Below are positions 53,266 through 62,775 of a stretch of 64,000 bases of DNA, piece after piece; the first letter of the stretch is position 1, and each line of letters begins with the position of its first letter. The translations under genes and the position numbers were made by a program. Source of the DNA: Escherichia phage slur16. The notes beneath the pieces are model-generated. The model was not told the DNA's origin. It saw nothing but the letters and a program-made list of their open reading frames with translations, and did not search any database. Where the stretch lies: sequence record NC_028248.1, one strand, 5' to 3'.

Positions 53266-55011
53266 TTAACGTTGTGCAATTACTACGTCTACGATATCAC
53301 CAACACCACAATATGTTAATTGCAGCAAGGTAACACTATTAGCCTTGTTATTAATAACAGGCGTTGCCGACAGGATAGCATACTTATCGTGCAAAGTCAC
53401 GTTGTGACCTACAGCATCCTGAATGACATAGATAACCGCAGTGAATGGATAAGGTTTATCTTCCGCTGATGTACCAGGCCATTGTCCTATTGTAAAATCC
53501 CCTTTCGCGTGGACAACATACATACTGGCCTGCCCGTTAGGTGTCCATGTCCCACTGGACGCGTCAACCTCCTCTAAATCAAAATCTACCTTTCCTGCGT
53601 GGAAAGTAGGGGCAGTAATGGTTTTACCCGCCTCAATTTCTTGAGAGGTGGTTATCTTGCCACTGGAGTTAATGCCATTACAAACAAAGTTGACATTAGA
53701 GAAGTCTGGCAGCCACCCAGTCACTGTGCCGGATATTTCAAGGTTGTGAAGGTAGGTGGTGCCCGTCCCTGCTGCGTTTAAACTAACATCTCCATTTACC
53801 TGCAAGTTTCTGGTAACGTTGCAGTTTTCAGAGTTTGCAGTTGTTGCAGTTAAAGTAGTGGTTGTCAGCTCGGTAATTACACCTTTGTTGGCTGTAAGCC
53901 CTTCCCCTTCAAAAGTTGCACGCTCATTGACTCTTAGGGTATTCAGAGCTATGTTTTGGATAGAGGCTGTACCTCGAACAACTACAGATCCGCCAACTTC
54001 TAAATCACCATTTATTAATGCGTCCCCCGTGCTTTCAATATAGCTAGGGTAAATCATGGTGCCATCGACAGAGTAGGTTATCCCTGTAACAGTGCCTGTC
54101 ACCTCAAGGTTCTTAACCCTGGTGGTTCCATCTACCTGCAATGTCGGTTCGGTTGCTGCCTTCATGGCATTACCACGAATGTACACGTAGTCAAAAAAGT
54201 TATTACCTAGACCATCAAAATGCACATCGTTATTATTAGCCACTGGTTTCCCAGAAGTTATAGTGTCAGCTATAACCCTGTGGGTGGACACTTCATGAGG
54301 TTGCAGCTCTGTGCTTCTCCAGTCTGCATGCTTAGGATCACTCCACGCAAAAGTAAGTGTAGAAGTATTTGCCGTGAGGATTAGGTTCCTGAAGCGTGCA
54401 GTAGAATCTGCTCCATTAACAGGCCCATGTAAGGTGAGTGTGCCACCAACTATAGTGTTAGCAAGTTCTGTAAGACCTTTTACCACCAAAGACCCTACAG
54501 TAACTTTCATTCCCTCCATGGCTTCAAATATGCTATCCACATAGTCAACAACAAACTCTGTGTTTGCTATAGACTCGGATTTGTCGTCCATTGGAGGCGT
54601 AGGTACTCGCGGGTCACCTTCGAACCTCGGACTGTTAAGTTTTGCGTAGTATTTTGCCATTACTGCAGAGTCGGTATATAATCTCCAGTTTGGAGATTGT
54701 GAAGGATCTGCTGGCATTCTAACCGGGTTAGATTTTGATGCTGCGGGAGCGTACCACCACTGAGGGCCTGTGTCCCCTTTAAACTCGTACAGCTGGTTAA
54801 AAACTGTTGTGGATGCACCATACGCCCAAGGGATCGGTGGCGTTTTAAAATAAAGGTTGTCAAGCATGGCTTTTCGTACCGTAGGGATGGTGGTCCCATC
54901 CTCTACGACAACTTCATCCACAGCGTTACCGTTGACAACCAAGTGCAAACGTTCAGAATCAACAATTACTTGATCTACCGCCTGCTCAAAGCTTGTCATG
55001 TCTTGCGCCAT
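53266..55011 (-). CDS. tail fibre / tailspike-like protein (581 aa)
   Basis: Gly/Thr/Asn-rich beta-type repeats; located between fibre genes. Confidence 0.5.
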   Translation of the reverse strand: MAQDMTSFEQAVDQVIVDSERLHLVVNGNAVDEVVVEDGTTIPTVRKAMLDNLYFKTPPIPWAYGASTTVFNQLYEFKGDTGPQWWYAPAASKSNPVRMPADPSQSPNWRLYTDSAVMAKYYAKLNSPRFEGDPRVPTPPMDDKSESIANTEFVVDYVDSIFEAMEGMKVTVGSLVVKGLTELANTIVGGTLTLHGPVNGADSTARFRNLILTANTSTLTFAWSDPKHADWRSTELQPHEVSTHRVIADTITSGKPVANNNDVHFDGLGNNFFDYVYIRGNAMKAATEPTLQVDGTTRVKNLEVTGTVTGITYSVDGTMIYPSYIESTGDALINGDLEVGGSVVVRGTASIQNIALNTLRVNERATFEGEGLTANKGVITELTTTTLTATTANSENCNVTRNLQVNGDVSLNAAGTGTTYLHNLEISGTVTGWLPDFSNVNFVCNGINSSGKITTSQEIEAGKTITAPTFHAGKVDFDLEEVDASSGTWTPNGQASMYVVHAKGDFTIGQWPGTSAEDKPYPFTAVIYVIQDAVGHNVTLHDKYAILSATPVINNKANSVTLLQLTYCGVGDIVDVVIAQR

Positions 55012-55020
55012 GATTTCTCC

Positions 55021-55287
55021 TTAAGCTTTTTGCTCTTCGTTTTTAACGTGGTCAGGGTGCTGGCAACCCCACCGGAGCGAGATGAATTTGCTAATAAGCT
55101 GGGGGCAAGCTACTGAAGGCGCGTATATCCACGCATACCATTCAGGAAGCGTATCATTATACCCCATATGAATAAACACCCCAGTCATCACCGCCATGCC
55201 TATGTTTGACCATAGCTTAGATTGGGACACTTTCGTAGGGTCATCAGATGCCGCAACCAGTCCCCATAAAAACTGAGTTAGTTTCAT
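55021..55287 (-). CDS. small membrane protein (88 aa), holin-like candidate
   Basis: Two or three hydrophobic segments and a charged C-terminus; embedded in the fibre cluster. Confidence 0.35.
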   Translation of the reverse strand: MKLTQFLWGLVAASDDPTKVSQSKLWSNIGMAVMTGVFIHMGYNDTLPEWYAWIYAPSVACPQLISKFISLRWGCQHPDHVKNEEQKA

Positions 55288-55298
55288 TTACCCTCTTT

Positions 55299-56345
55299 TT
55301 AAGCATAAGATATAGTGATCCATTGACCATTTACAAGTTTTTGGATAGCACCTGTCCAGTAATCACCTTGATAAGGGTGTTTATAAGCGTAGTTACCAGA
55401 GCACATCACATGTCCAGGGTAGACTCTTGACTCTCTGTAGGTGGTTTTAAAACGGTTTGCTATCCTTACATCATCAACCCCTCTGCTAGGCATAGGGATA
55501 GTAAGGTTACCGCTACTGTCTGCGCCGTTACCATTTACCCTGCGGACCACGTTTCTTCCACCAACTGTTGCATATTGGCCCCTGACGGTTTCATCGTTAC
55601 AATCAACTCTTCCACCTATTTGAGCGCTTCCGCAGGATTGTTGTCCATTAACAGTGGCTCTTGGTATCGTGACCGCATTGGCATTTGCAGAGGAACTTTT
55701 TGCATCGTTGCATTCAAGATTTCCTTGGATAGCCAGTCTTGCACGGTTGGCAGTTATAGCATTGAGCTTCATAGCTGAAAACACAGGCTGCCCACCAGAA
55801 GGTTGAAATCTCCAACGGAACCCATCTATTTGGTGAGAAGGATCATCAAGGTCTGTGCCGTCAGCACCACCGATGTTGTCCATAATCCAGAAATCCATCG
55901 TCGTCTTGTCTGGAGTTATGGTGGTATATATTGCCGCACTGTCTGTTGACGCAGATGCAAACTCGATTCTTTGAAGACCTAAAGTTTGAGTCTGAGTCAT
56001 TATGTCTCCAGACTTGTCAACATATAGATCGTCCATTTCTTCAGGTGAGTATACATTGAGAACTTGACGTGCAGCAGCTTTGTCTGGAACGTCTGCTAGA
56101 TTATTAGTGACCCTTAAGAATCTATTATCCCATCCTGGGACAACATCTTCTGTTAAATGCTTCAACCACGCAGAAAGCATGTGAAGTTCAAAGTTAACAA
56201 CTTCACATGCCATTCTTTGTGTCATATCCCAACCTTTCAATCTCTCTTCTTTTTTTGGTTGAGATTTATTCAACTCTCCCGTATTTTCAAGCACAACATC
56301 CTGATTGGCCCAAATATCAAGAGGGATAACTGGTTTAGTCATCAC
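55299..56345 (-). CDS. tail fibre protein, paralog B
   Basis: Alignable along its length with 57357..58397; shared termini PLDIWANQD and QKLVNGQWITISYA. Confidence 0.6.
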   Translation of the reverse strand: MMTKPVIPLDIWANQDVVLENTGELNKSQPKKEERLKGWDMTQRMACEVVNFELHMLSAWLKHLTEDVVPGWDNRFLRVTNNLADVPDKAAARQVLNVYSPEEMDDLYVDKSGDIMTQTQTLGLQRIEFASASTDSAAIYTTITPDKTTMDFWIMDNIGGADGTDLDDPSHQIDGFRWRFQPSGGQPVFSAMKLNAITANRARLAIQGNLECNDAKSSSANANAVTIPRATVNGQQSCGSAQIGGRVDCNDETVRGQYATVGGRNVVRRVNGNGADSSGNLTIPMPSRGVDDVRIANRFKTTYRESRVYPGHVMCSGNYAYKHPYQGDYWTGAIQKLVNGQWITISYA

Positions 56346-56431
56346 GTTCTCCTGAGAAAATTCCTTAGGACTATTTTAACACTTTAGAGAACAAAATGCA
56401 AGAACGGAGTCCTTTCCGTTCTGACCTTTGT

Positions 56432-56746
56432 TTACCTTTTACTATGCTCTACGAGCATGTGCAAAATCTTTTGTACATCAGCTCGGATGCCGGAGACATC
56501 TGTCCTGACATCCTGCTTAAGGTCGTTAATATCGGCCTCTAGCTTGCTTAACCGAGTCTCGATAACGGAATCAAGTCTATCTTTTGTAACCATACTGTTT
56601 TTCACTAAGATGAGGTCTTTCTCCAGCTCATCCAACCTCTTGGAAATGCCTTTCCATTTGGTGTGCCACTGGTTGAAAGCCCATACACAGATCGGGACAA
56701 CGGTACCCATGCAGATACCGTACAATGCCGCCAAATCCAACTCCAC
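56432..56746 (-). CDS. membrane-anchored coiled-coil protein (104 aa)
   Basis: N-terminal hydrophobic helix then heptad-like sequence. Confidence 0.4.
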   Translation of the reverse strand: MELDLAALYGICMGTVVPICVWAFNQWHTKWKGISKRLDELEKDLILVKNSMVTKDRLDSVIETRLSKLEADINDLKQDVRTDVSGIRADVQKILHMLVEHSKR

Positions 56747-56757
56747 AACACCTCCTC

Positions 56758-57342
56758 TTAGAGGGTAGGTCGCTCCGGGAAGAAAATGTCAGGGGCTTTA
56801 GATGTATCTATTTCAAGAAGTTTTACCCTGTACATTTTCAAATCTCTGATGTTACGTTTCTGGTCATCAGTAAGATCATATTCAAGGTCAATCATGTCTT
56901 GATAGGCACCAATTCTAGCAGTAGCCCAAGCAAGTTCTGTCTCTATGACACCCTCTGCCTGTTGAACAAAGAATTCATTGTCTGTGACAAATCCATCACC
57001 AACTAAACGCAAAGCGTCGTGGTGAAGCATAATGTTTTCTGGTACCTCTTCTTTTTTGGCGATAACCACACGAAGACCTGGAGCAGGCCATAAGGCATCA
57101 GGTTCTTCTGTAGATGTCTTAAGAATTCCCTTCTCGTCAACAAGCAGGAAGATACAACCTGGATTTTCTTGTCGTAATGTTCGTGACTGCACATACCAAT
57201 CGCCATCATCATTACGTAAAAAATACCCGGTGTATGCGGTGTAATCCTCAACCTCTTGAGGGGTCAGCTCTTTGGTTTCCTTGTTGGCGTGGTATTCGCC
57301 AGATCCCGGTTGGTAAAGTTTAAACTCTTGAAGTATTTTCAT
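56758..57342 (-). CDS. tail fibre assembly (chaperone) protein-like
   Basis: Directly downstream of fibre paralog A; C-terminus …KLLEIDTSKAPDIFFPERP resembles the tail fibre assembly protein C-terminal signature. Confidence 0.5.
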   Translation of the reverse strand: MKILQEFKLYQPGSGEYHANKETKELTPQEVEDYTAYTGYFLRNDDGDWYVQSRTLRQENPGCIFLLVDEKGILKTSTEEPDALWPAPGLRVVIAKKEEVPENIMLHHDALRLVGDGFVTDNEFFVQQAEGVIETELAWATARIGAYQDMIDLEYDLTDDQKRNIRDLKMYRVKLLEIDTSKAPDIFFPERPTL

Positions 57343-57356
57343 GCTAGTCCTCCGAT

Positions 57357-58397
57357 CTATGCATAATTAACAGTGATCCATTGACCATTTACAAGTTTTT
57401 GTAAAGGTCCTGCCCAGTAGGTTGAACCACGCATCTCTTTTTTGTCACCGAAATGCCAGCCTGTGACAACGTAGCCGTTGCGGATTGGAGATTCAGAAAC
57501 GCCGTCCACAAGTCTTGCACCGATTCTGATGTCTTGCACACCTGTCTGCGGGATAGTGATCGTTACATCACCGTTACCGTTAGCCGTCACTCCGTTCACA
57601 GAGCGAACCACATTTCTGTTACCTACAACACAGTGCTGGCTTCTTACAACCATACTGTCACAACTTGCACCACCATTAACATATACTGACCCAGCCGTCA
57701 ACTGACTGGCCACATTACAGTTGGTGAATGTTGCGGTATTGCTGATAGTAAGGTTATTGCACCTCATGTTATCGACAACTTCAACATTGCCTACCACTTT
57801 CAACAGCGCACGGTTAGCCGTGATCGCGTTAAGGTACATCAAAGTGAACTCCGGATTAATATCCGGCTGAGTTGGCTGGAATCTCCAACGAAACGCATCT
57901 ATTGTAGATGTGCCACCATCATCAAACGCCCCAGTATTATCACTTAACCCAAAGTCGAGAGTTGTCTTATCTGGGCCAATAGTTGTCTCTATCCAAGCCT
58001 TATCTGTCTCGGCAGCTTTAAAGTTGATACGTTGCAAACCCAATGGGCCTGTCATTGTATCACCTGTAACTTTTACATACCTGGCGTCTGCCTCTTCCTT
58101 AGTAATAATCCCAAGGTTTCTACGGGCAACAGGAATGTTCAAAAGATCACTCAAGTTATTATCACGTACCAGATAACGGCCTTCTTGAGCGGGGATCTGC
58201 TCGTCAGCAATGTATTTTGCCCAAGTTCCGAGCATATTGAAAATATAGTTAAGTTCTTCACATGAGGGCTTTTGACCAAGATCCCAACCTTTTCTCCACA
58301 AATCATCAATCGGGCGTAGCCTGTTCTGTCTGTGGGTGTTAGGCAGAACCTGATCCTCCTCTGCCCAAATCTCTAATGGAAAACTAGGTTTTGACAT
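57357..58397 (-). CDS. tail fibre protein, paralog A
   Basis: Paralog of 55299..56345; termini PLEIWAEEDQ and QKLVNGQWITVNYA. Confidence 0.6.
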   Translation of the reverse strand: MSKPSFPLEIWAEEDQVLPNTHRQNRLRPIDDLWRKGWDLGQKPSCEELNYIFNMLGTWAKYIADEQIPAQEGRYLVRDNNLSDLLNIPVARRNLGIITKEEADARYVKVTGDTMTGPLGLQRINFKAAETDKAWIETTIGPDKTTLDFGLSDNTGAFDDGGTSTIDAFRWRFQPTQPDINPEFTLMYLNAITANRALLKVVGNVEVVDNMRCNNLTISNTATFTNCNVASQLTAGSVYVNGGASCDSMVVRSQHCVVGNRNVVRSVNGVTANGNGDVTITIPQTGVQDIRIGARLVDGVSESPIRNGYVVTGWHFGDKKEMRGSTYWAGPLQKLVNGQWITVNYA

Positions 58398-58409
58398 TTT
58401 ATCTCCTGA

Positions 58410-60482
58410 TTATGAGAAGTCTGGCGGGACAACATCTTCTACATACCCTTTCAGAGCAACCTGCCCCATATGAAGCACGGTAGAATCTCTAGCGGTAACA
58501 GTGATGCTGTCAGACATTACTTGCGGATATGCCCATACATACTGTTTTACCTCAGGGTATCTATACTCTATAGTTGCCATGTTTCCGCAAATACATCTCC
58601 ATAAAAATTCTTGGTAATTCCTAGTTGGGTCGTAGCCATATACCGGAGCAAGCTCTTTACTAGGAACGAACCCTGCAAGGTATTGTATTTCAGACGGTTG
58701 CCAACCTAACTTAACGATAGGTATGTTTACAGACTCTTTTGCCTTTTCAATACCTCCCTGCATCACCCAATCGTAGCACTCAGTACAGAAGAAATCAAGA
58801 GCACCTGCTTCCTTTTTATATTGGTCAGCAAGGTTCAGCTTTTGCGTAAGCTCGGTTTCCATAATGGTTGGGAAAAACAGCAAAGCTGTCATCTGAGCTG
58901 ATGCAGCGTGTGCCTTTACTGCCTTTGAAATAGCCGCAATACGAGCGCCAAGCTTACCACGACAAAATGCTACATACTTGTCGTAAACACCGCCAGTTTT
59001 AGGATCGTCAATAGTCCCAATATCTAATGCATACTCACCTGTCTCATCATAAAACGCCTGCTTTGTAGGGTAATCATAAATACAAGGTCTACGAGTATCG
59101 GTATTGTACCACCACCACGGTTCACCAACCTGCATAATCACTGGCAGGTTGTTTCTCATAGCGGCTGATGCAAAATTCTTAAATACTGCAGTAAGGAAAT
59201 TCATACCCTCTTCAATGGTTGGAGACAGGAGGTAGCTACAAGGTGTATACCCTGTTTTAGCGTAGTTATCGTTCCAGTCTCTTTGGGTCCATTCCAACGG
59301 GCAGGCATCGCTGAAAAGCTCAAAACTTACAGATTGCATAACGTCGAAGTTATGTCGTTTGGCATTGTACATAAAATCATCATGCCATTTATAAGCTGCA
59401 GCGTTTAGCGCTCCTGTTCTGTTTATAGACCATTGAGTTCCTGACCATGTGTAGTCATAATAATGACTCATACCAACATAATGGTTTATGGTTCCGGTAT
59501 AGCCCAGACGCTTGATATTGTTCAACACCCTTAAAGGAGACACGTTCCACATATCGTCATATGCTGTGCAGATCCCAACGTCGTGTTCTTTCACCTGAAT
59601 ATTGTTAAGTTGCATCATTTTCCAGCCTGTGTCTGGCTGAAGCAGATCTAGGCGCAACTCACACTCTACATTTTCCGTTCTTGGGTTTGTGCTATTGCTT
59701 ACCCAATCTTTAGGCATAAGCGGTATTAAAATCCTTCTCACCTGTCGAGGATCAACACCCATCATATTGTTGTTCTGGTCCATCCCGACGCAGTCCTCGA
59801 AATCAATATGAATTTCTGCAACATTCTTATCCTCTGAGATGCTGACAGCATATTGAGCTAAAGGAACATAGATGATTGTGCCATCAACAAGGTCTACAGT
59901 CATAATCATCTTTTCAGGAGTGGAGAAGTTGCTGGCGTTGGTTATTGACATTCTGAACCAAAGCTTGGTATTTCTCATCTCATAATGATCATCAAACCCA
60001 ATACCGAAATGGTCATACTTGTCAACTGTTTCCCAAATGCACCCAGCCATACCTCCATATGTTCTTGACACTAAACGGTTAATACAACAGTTATTATCTG
60101 CAACAATACAGGTGCTTTCAGTCTGCTGGGTAGTTGTAACCCAATATCTTGGGTGAAACATTCTCTCCTCGACAGTATCCCAAGATATCCTGTCAAGATT
60201 CTCATCTGAAACTATTGTACATTTCGCCCTTTGTGTTCCAATCATCACCCCTTGAGATTTTGATGAAAACTCCATAAAGAAGCTTCTTGGCAACCTGTTG
60301 GGTAATTTGTCAACAATTTCCACTGGGATCTCAATACTGGTTGCCCCAATTGGGATAGTTACATCACCCTCAACATGATTATAATCCCTACCAGGAACGG
60401 CAGTATCCTGAACTGTGCGGTAATGAAACCGTGCAGCCATTGTAGAGTAATCACGGTAAGGTTTAAAAATAGCTGTTGCCAT
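58410..60482 (-). CDS. tail / baseplate structural protein (690 aa)
   Basis: Size, aromatic-rich composition, position between baseplate-like and fibre genes. Confidence 0.45.
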   Translation of the reverse strand: MATAIFKPYRDYSTMAARFHYRTVQDTAVPGRDYNHVEGDVTIPIGATSIEIPVEIVDKLPNRLPRSFFMEFSSKSQGVMIGTQRAKCTIVSDENLDRISWDTVEERMFHPRYWVTTTQQTESTCIVADNNCCINRLVSRTYGGMAGCIWETVDKYDHFGIGFDDHYEMRNTKLWFRMSITNASNFSTPEKMIMTVDLVDGTIIYVPLAQYAVSISEDKNVAEIHIDFEDCVGMDQNNNMMGVDPRQVRRILIPLMPKDWVSNSTNPRTENVECELRLDLLQPDTGWKMMQLNNIQVKEHDVGICTAYDDMWNVSPLRVLNNIKRLGYTGTINHYVGMSHYYDYTWSGTQWSINRTGALNAAAYKWHDDFMYNAKRHNFDVMQSVSFELFSDACPLEWTQRDWNDNYAKTGYTPCSYLLSPTIEEGMNFLTAVFKNFASAAMRNNLPVIMQVGEPWWWYNTDTRRPCIYDYPTKQAFYDETGEYALDIGTIDDPKTGGVYDKYVAFCRGKLGARIAAISKAVKAHAASAQMTALLFFPTIMETELTQKLNLADQYKKEAGALDFFCTECYDWVMQGGIEKAKESVNIPIVKLGWQPSEIQYLAGFVPSKELAPVYGYDPTRNYQEFLWRCICGNMATIEYRYPEVKQYVWAYPQVMSDSITVTARDSTVLHMGQVALKGYVEDVVPPDFS

Positions 60483-61168
60483 TAACCCTCCTGTCTAGTT
60501 GCGTTTACTGTAATACTTTCACAATAAATGGTTGTGGTGTCCCAATCAGGTCTTACGTCAGGAACATACAGCAAAGTAGCCAGCCCACCAACTCCGAATT
60601 GGTTTTCTTCCCACACTGATCCGAAGCCAAGAGCTGTATGGTCCCCTTCAAAACCAAAAGCTTGCCCTTGCGATTCTGTAAGACGCAAATGACAAGGCAA
60701 TGGTAGCATATCTAAGATCTGATCGATAGACTGCAATATGTCAAAGCAAGTTTTTCTAATATTTATGTCAAACCTGAAGTTGTCTCCTTTCCACGTATCG
60801 AAATTGTTTCTTCCGAACAATTGTCGCAAGGTGGAGATGACATCTTCGCGAGTCCCGCCCCTTGATGCTGCGGCCTGCTGAATAATTAGTGTGGCACGAA
60901 AATCAGCATCTGAAAGTCCATTCCTAAGAATACCAAGTTGATTACCAACTTCGTCAAGGTATCTTCCGCTGGCATTGTTAAGCAATCTTCCTTCAGCCAA
61001 ACCTACCAGCATCTTATCAACATCCTCCAACCTTTTAAGGTACACGGTTAAGAATGTGACCAAATTAACCTTCTCAGCCAGAAAATCTCCAGGCAGGTAG
61101 TCAAGACCTCCCTGAACAAAATCTGGCAGAGTGTGGATGTGGTTAACATCCGACTTAATCTCTGCCAT
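60482..61168 (-). CDS. putative baseplate protein (228 aa)
   Basis: Positional; start overlaps upstream stop. Confidence 0.3.
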   Translation of the reverse strand: MAEIKSDVNHIHTLPDFVQGGLDYLPGDFLAEKVNLVTFLTVYLKRLEDVDKMLVGLAEGRLLNNASGRYLDEVGNQLGILRNGLSDADFRATLIIQQAAASRGGTREDVISTLRQLFGRNNFDTWKGDNFRFDINIRKTCFDILQSIDQILDMLPLPCHLRLTESQGQAFGFEGDHTALGFGSVWEENQFGVGGLATLLYVPDVRPDWDTTTIYCESITVNATRQEG

Positions 61169-61179
61169 ATCTCGCCGCC

Positions 61180-62670
61180 TTAAATAGTTTGTTGGAAAGT
61201 TATATTACTTTCGTCGAGGTCAAACACCTCGGTCATGTTCGCAACAATATCGTTTGTAGTGTAAGCTTCATCAGAAGCTCCTACTGGTTTAACTTGAATT
61301 ACCAGTCTATTAAATCTGCCTATTGATACAGCAGCAGATGCAGCGCCGACCAATTGGATATTATACAACGTATCTGCAACATCCAGTCCGTTAACAACCT
61401 GCAAAAGAGCCTCTACAATGGCATCTTTTTCGGTTGTGGAAAGTGCGGCACCGGAGTAGGTAATTCTTACATCTAGGCGGTAGGTATTTGCCTTGGAGTA
61501 ATAAATTCTTTCAGTTTGACCATCAGATGTAGTGACATCGTAGAAAATATTACCATAAGTCCTGTTAGTACAGGCTATAGTTTGGTAAAGTGCTTGGCAA
61601 ATGTCCTCCGTTGCACCACCAAACACAACCACTTGGAACTTGTAAGGAGGTATACCTTTAGCATCAGTTTTATCGGTGTTGTTGGAGAACACCCTCACTT
61701 TCTCAACACCTTTCACCTCGCTTACAGCGCTAAGGATTGCAGGACGGGTAGCCTTAGATGTTAACTGTTTTGTGCTGGAAGCTCTTAAGCGATACTCTGA
61801 GTCTTTCTCAACATCCCTGCCCTCATTGAATCTTTCTCGGTTGGTAAGCTTGATAAATCCACTGGGAGTAGGTGACATTGTTGTCACGGTTTCTGCCTCT
61901 CTTGACAGCTCACCAGCCTCGTTAGCGATAACATCCAGGGTGATAGTTCTTTCCCCTACAATCGGGGATACTCTGAAATCTACTCTACTATTAAGTCCAA
62001 CTTGATCAAGATTCGAATTGTACCCTATCCACAACGTTCCTGTCAACATATCGACCTGAATCAAATCGTCGTTCAACAGGGTTGTATTATCGACAATGAA
62101 TTGCTTAATCTCTCCGTAAAAGCTTGGCAAATCAGAAGAGTCCAGAGACTTATCTGTTAAAACCAGACTTTTTGTTTTGATACTTCCATCTGTCTGGTTG
62201 GTAATTTGAAAGTTGTATTTACCAATCCTTAGGTCTGGAGCATTTATTCTGTGAGCAATAAGATTCCCTGCTACTTGCACATCGTTGCTAAGAACAAAGT
62301 TGCCACTGTCCAGCGTATAAGTTTTGGAATCATAAATCATATTGTACGGCACAGTTGTGTTGATTGTCAACTGGCAGGTACCTGATGATTTAGAACGGCC
62401 TCTTCGGTAAATACCCTGTCTTCCAAGAAGCTCATCCAGGTAAATACCTTCTGCCCCATACAGCGTCTGTGATGCGTATACAGATGCTGCCATAAGAATA
62501 AGTTGATACTCTCGCTCGTTGAAGATAGTGGTCAGCTTATCTGCAACGGAGTTACTCTGTACGTTGAAGTTTTCGCCAAAAGCACGGATCAGGCTTTGCT
62601 TAGTTTCAACGATTAGGTCATTTAGGGTTGGTATAACGAAACCAGCCTCTGTCAATCCATACTTAGCCAC
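61180..62670 (-). CDS. putative baseplate wedge protein (gpJ-like)
   Basis: Positional and size only; not verified by motif. Confidence 0.35.
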   Translation of the reverse strand: MAKYGLTEAGFVIPTLNDLIVETKQSLIRAFGENFNVQSNSVADKLTTIFNEREYQLILMAASVYASQTLYGAEGIYLDELLGRQGIYRRGRSKSSGTCQLTINTTVPYNMIYDSKTYTLDSGNFVLSNDVQVAGNLIAHRINAPDLRIGKYNFQITNQTDGSIKTKSLVLTDKSLDSSDLPSFYGEIKQFIVDNTTLLNDDLIQVDMLTGTLWIGYNSNLDQVGLNSRVDFRVSPIVGERTITLDVIANEAGELSREAETVTTMSPTPSGFIKLTNRERFNEGRDVEKDSEYRLRASSTKQLTSKATRPAILSAVSEVKGVEKVRVFSNNTDKTDAKGIPPYKFQVVVFGGATEDICQALYQTIACTNRTYGNIFYDVTTSDGQTERIYYSKANTYRLDVRITYSGAALSTTEKDAIVEALLQVVNGLDVADTLYNIQLVGAASAAVSIGRFNRLVIQVKPVGASDEAYTTNDIVANMTEVFDLDESNITFQQTI

Positions 62671-62750
62671 GTCACTCCTCCGGTATGAAAATCTCTACAA
62701 GGTATTTTACCAAATTTTGTAACAATAGTCAATCTGAGCATAAAAATAAA

Positions 62751-62766
62751 CCCCGCCGAAGCGGGG
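62751..62766 (-). terminator. intrinsic terminator hairpin
   Basis: Minus strand ccccgcttcggcgggg followed by tttattttt. Confidence 0.6.
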
Positions 62767-62775
62767 CTTTAAAGG

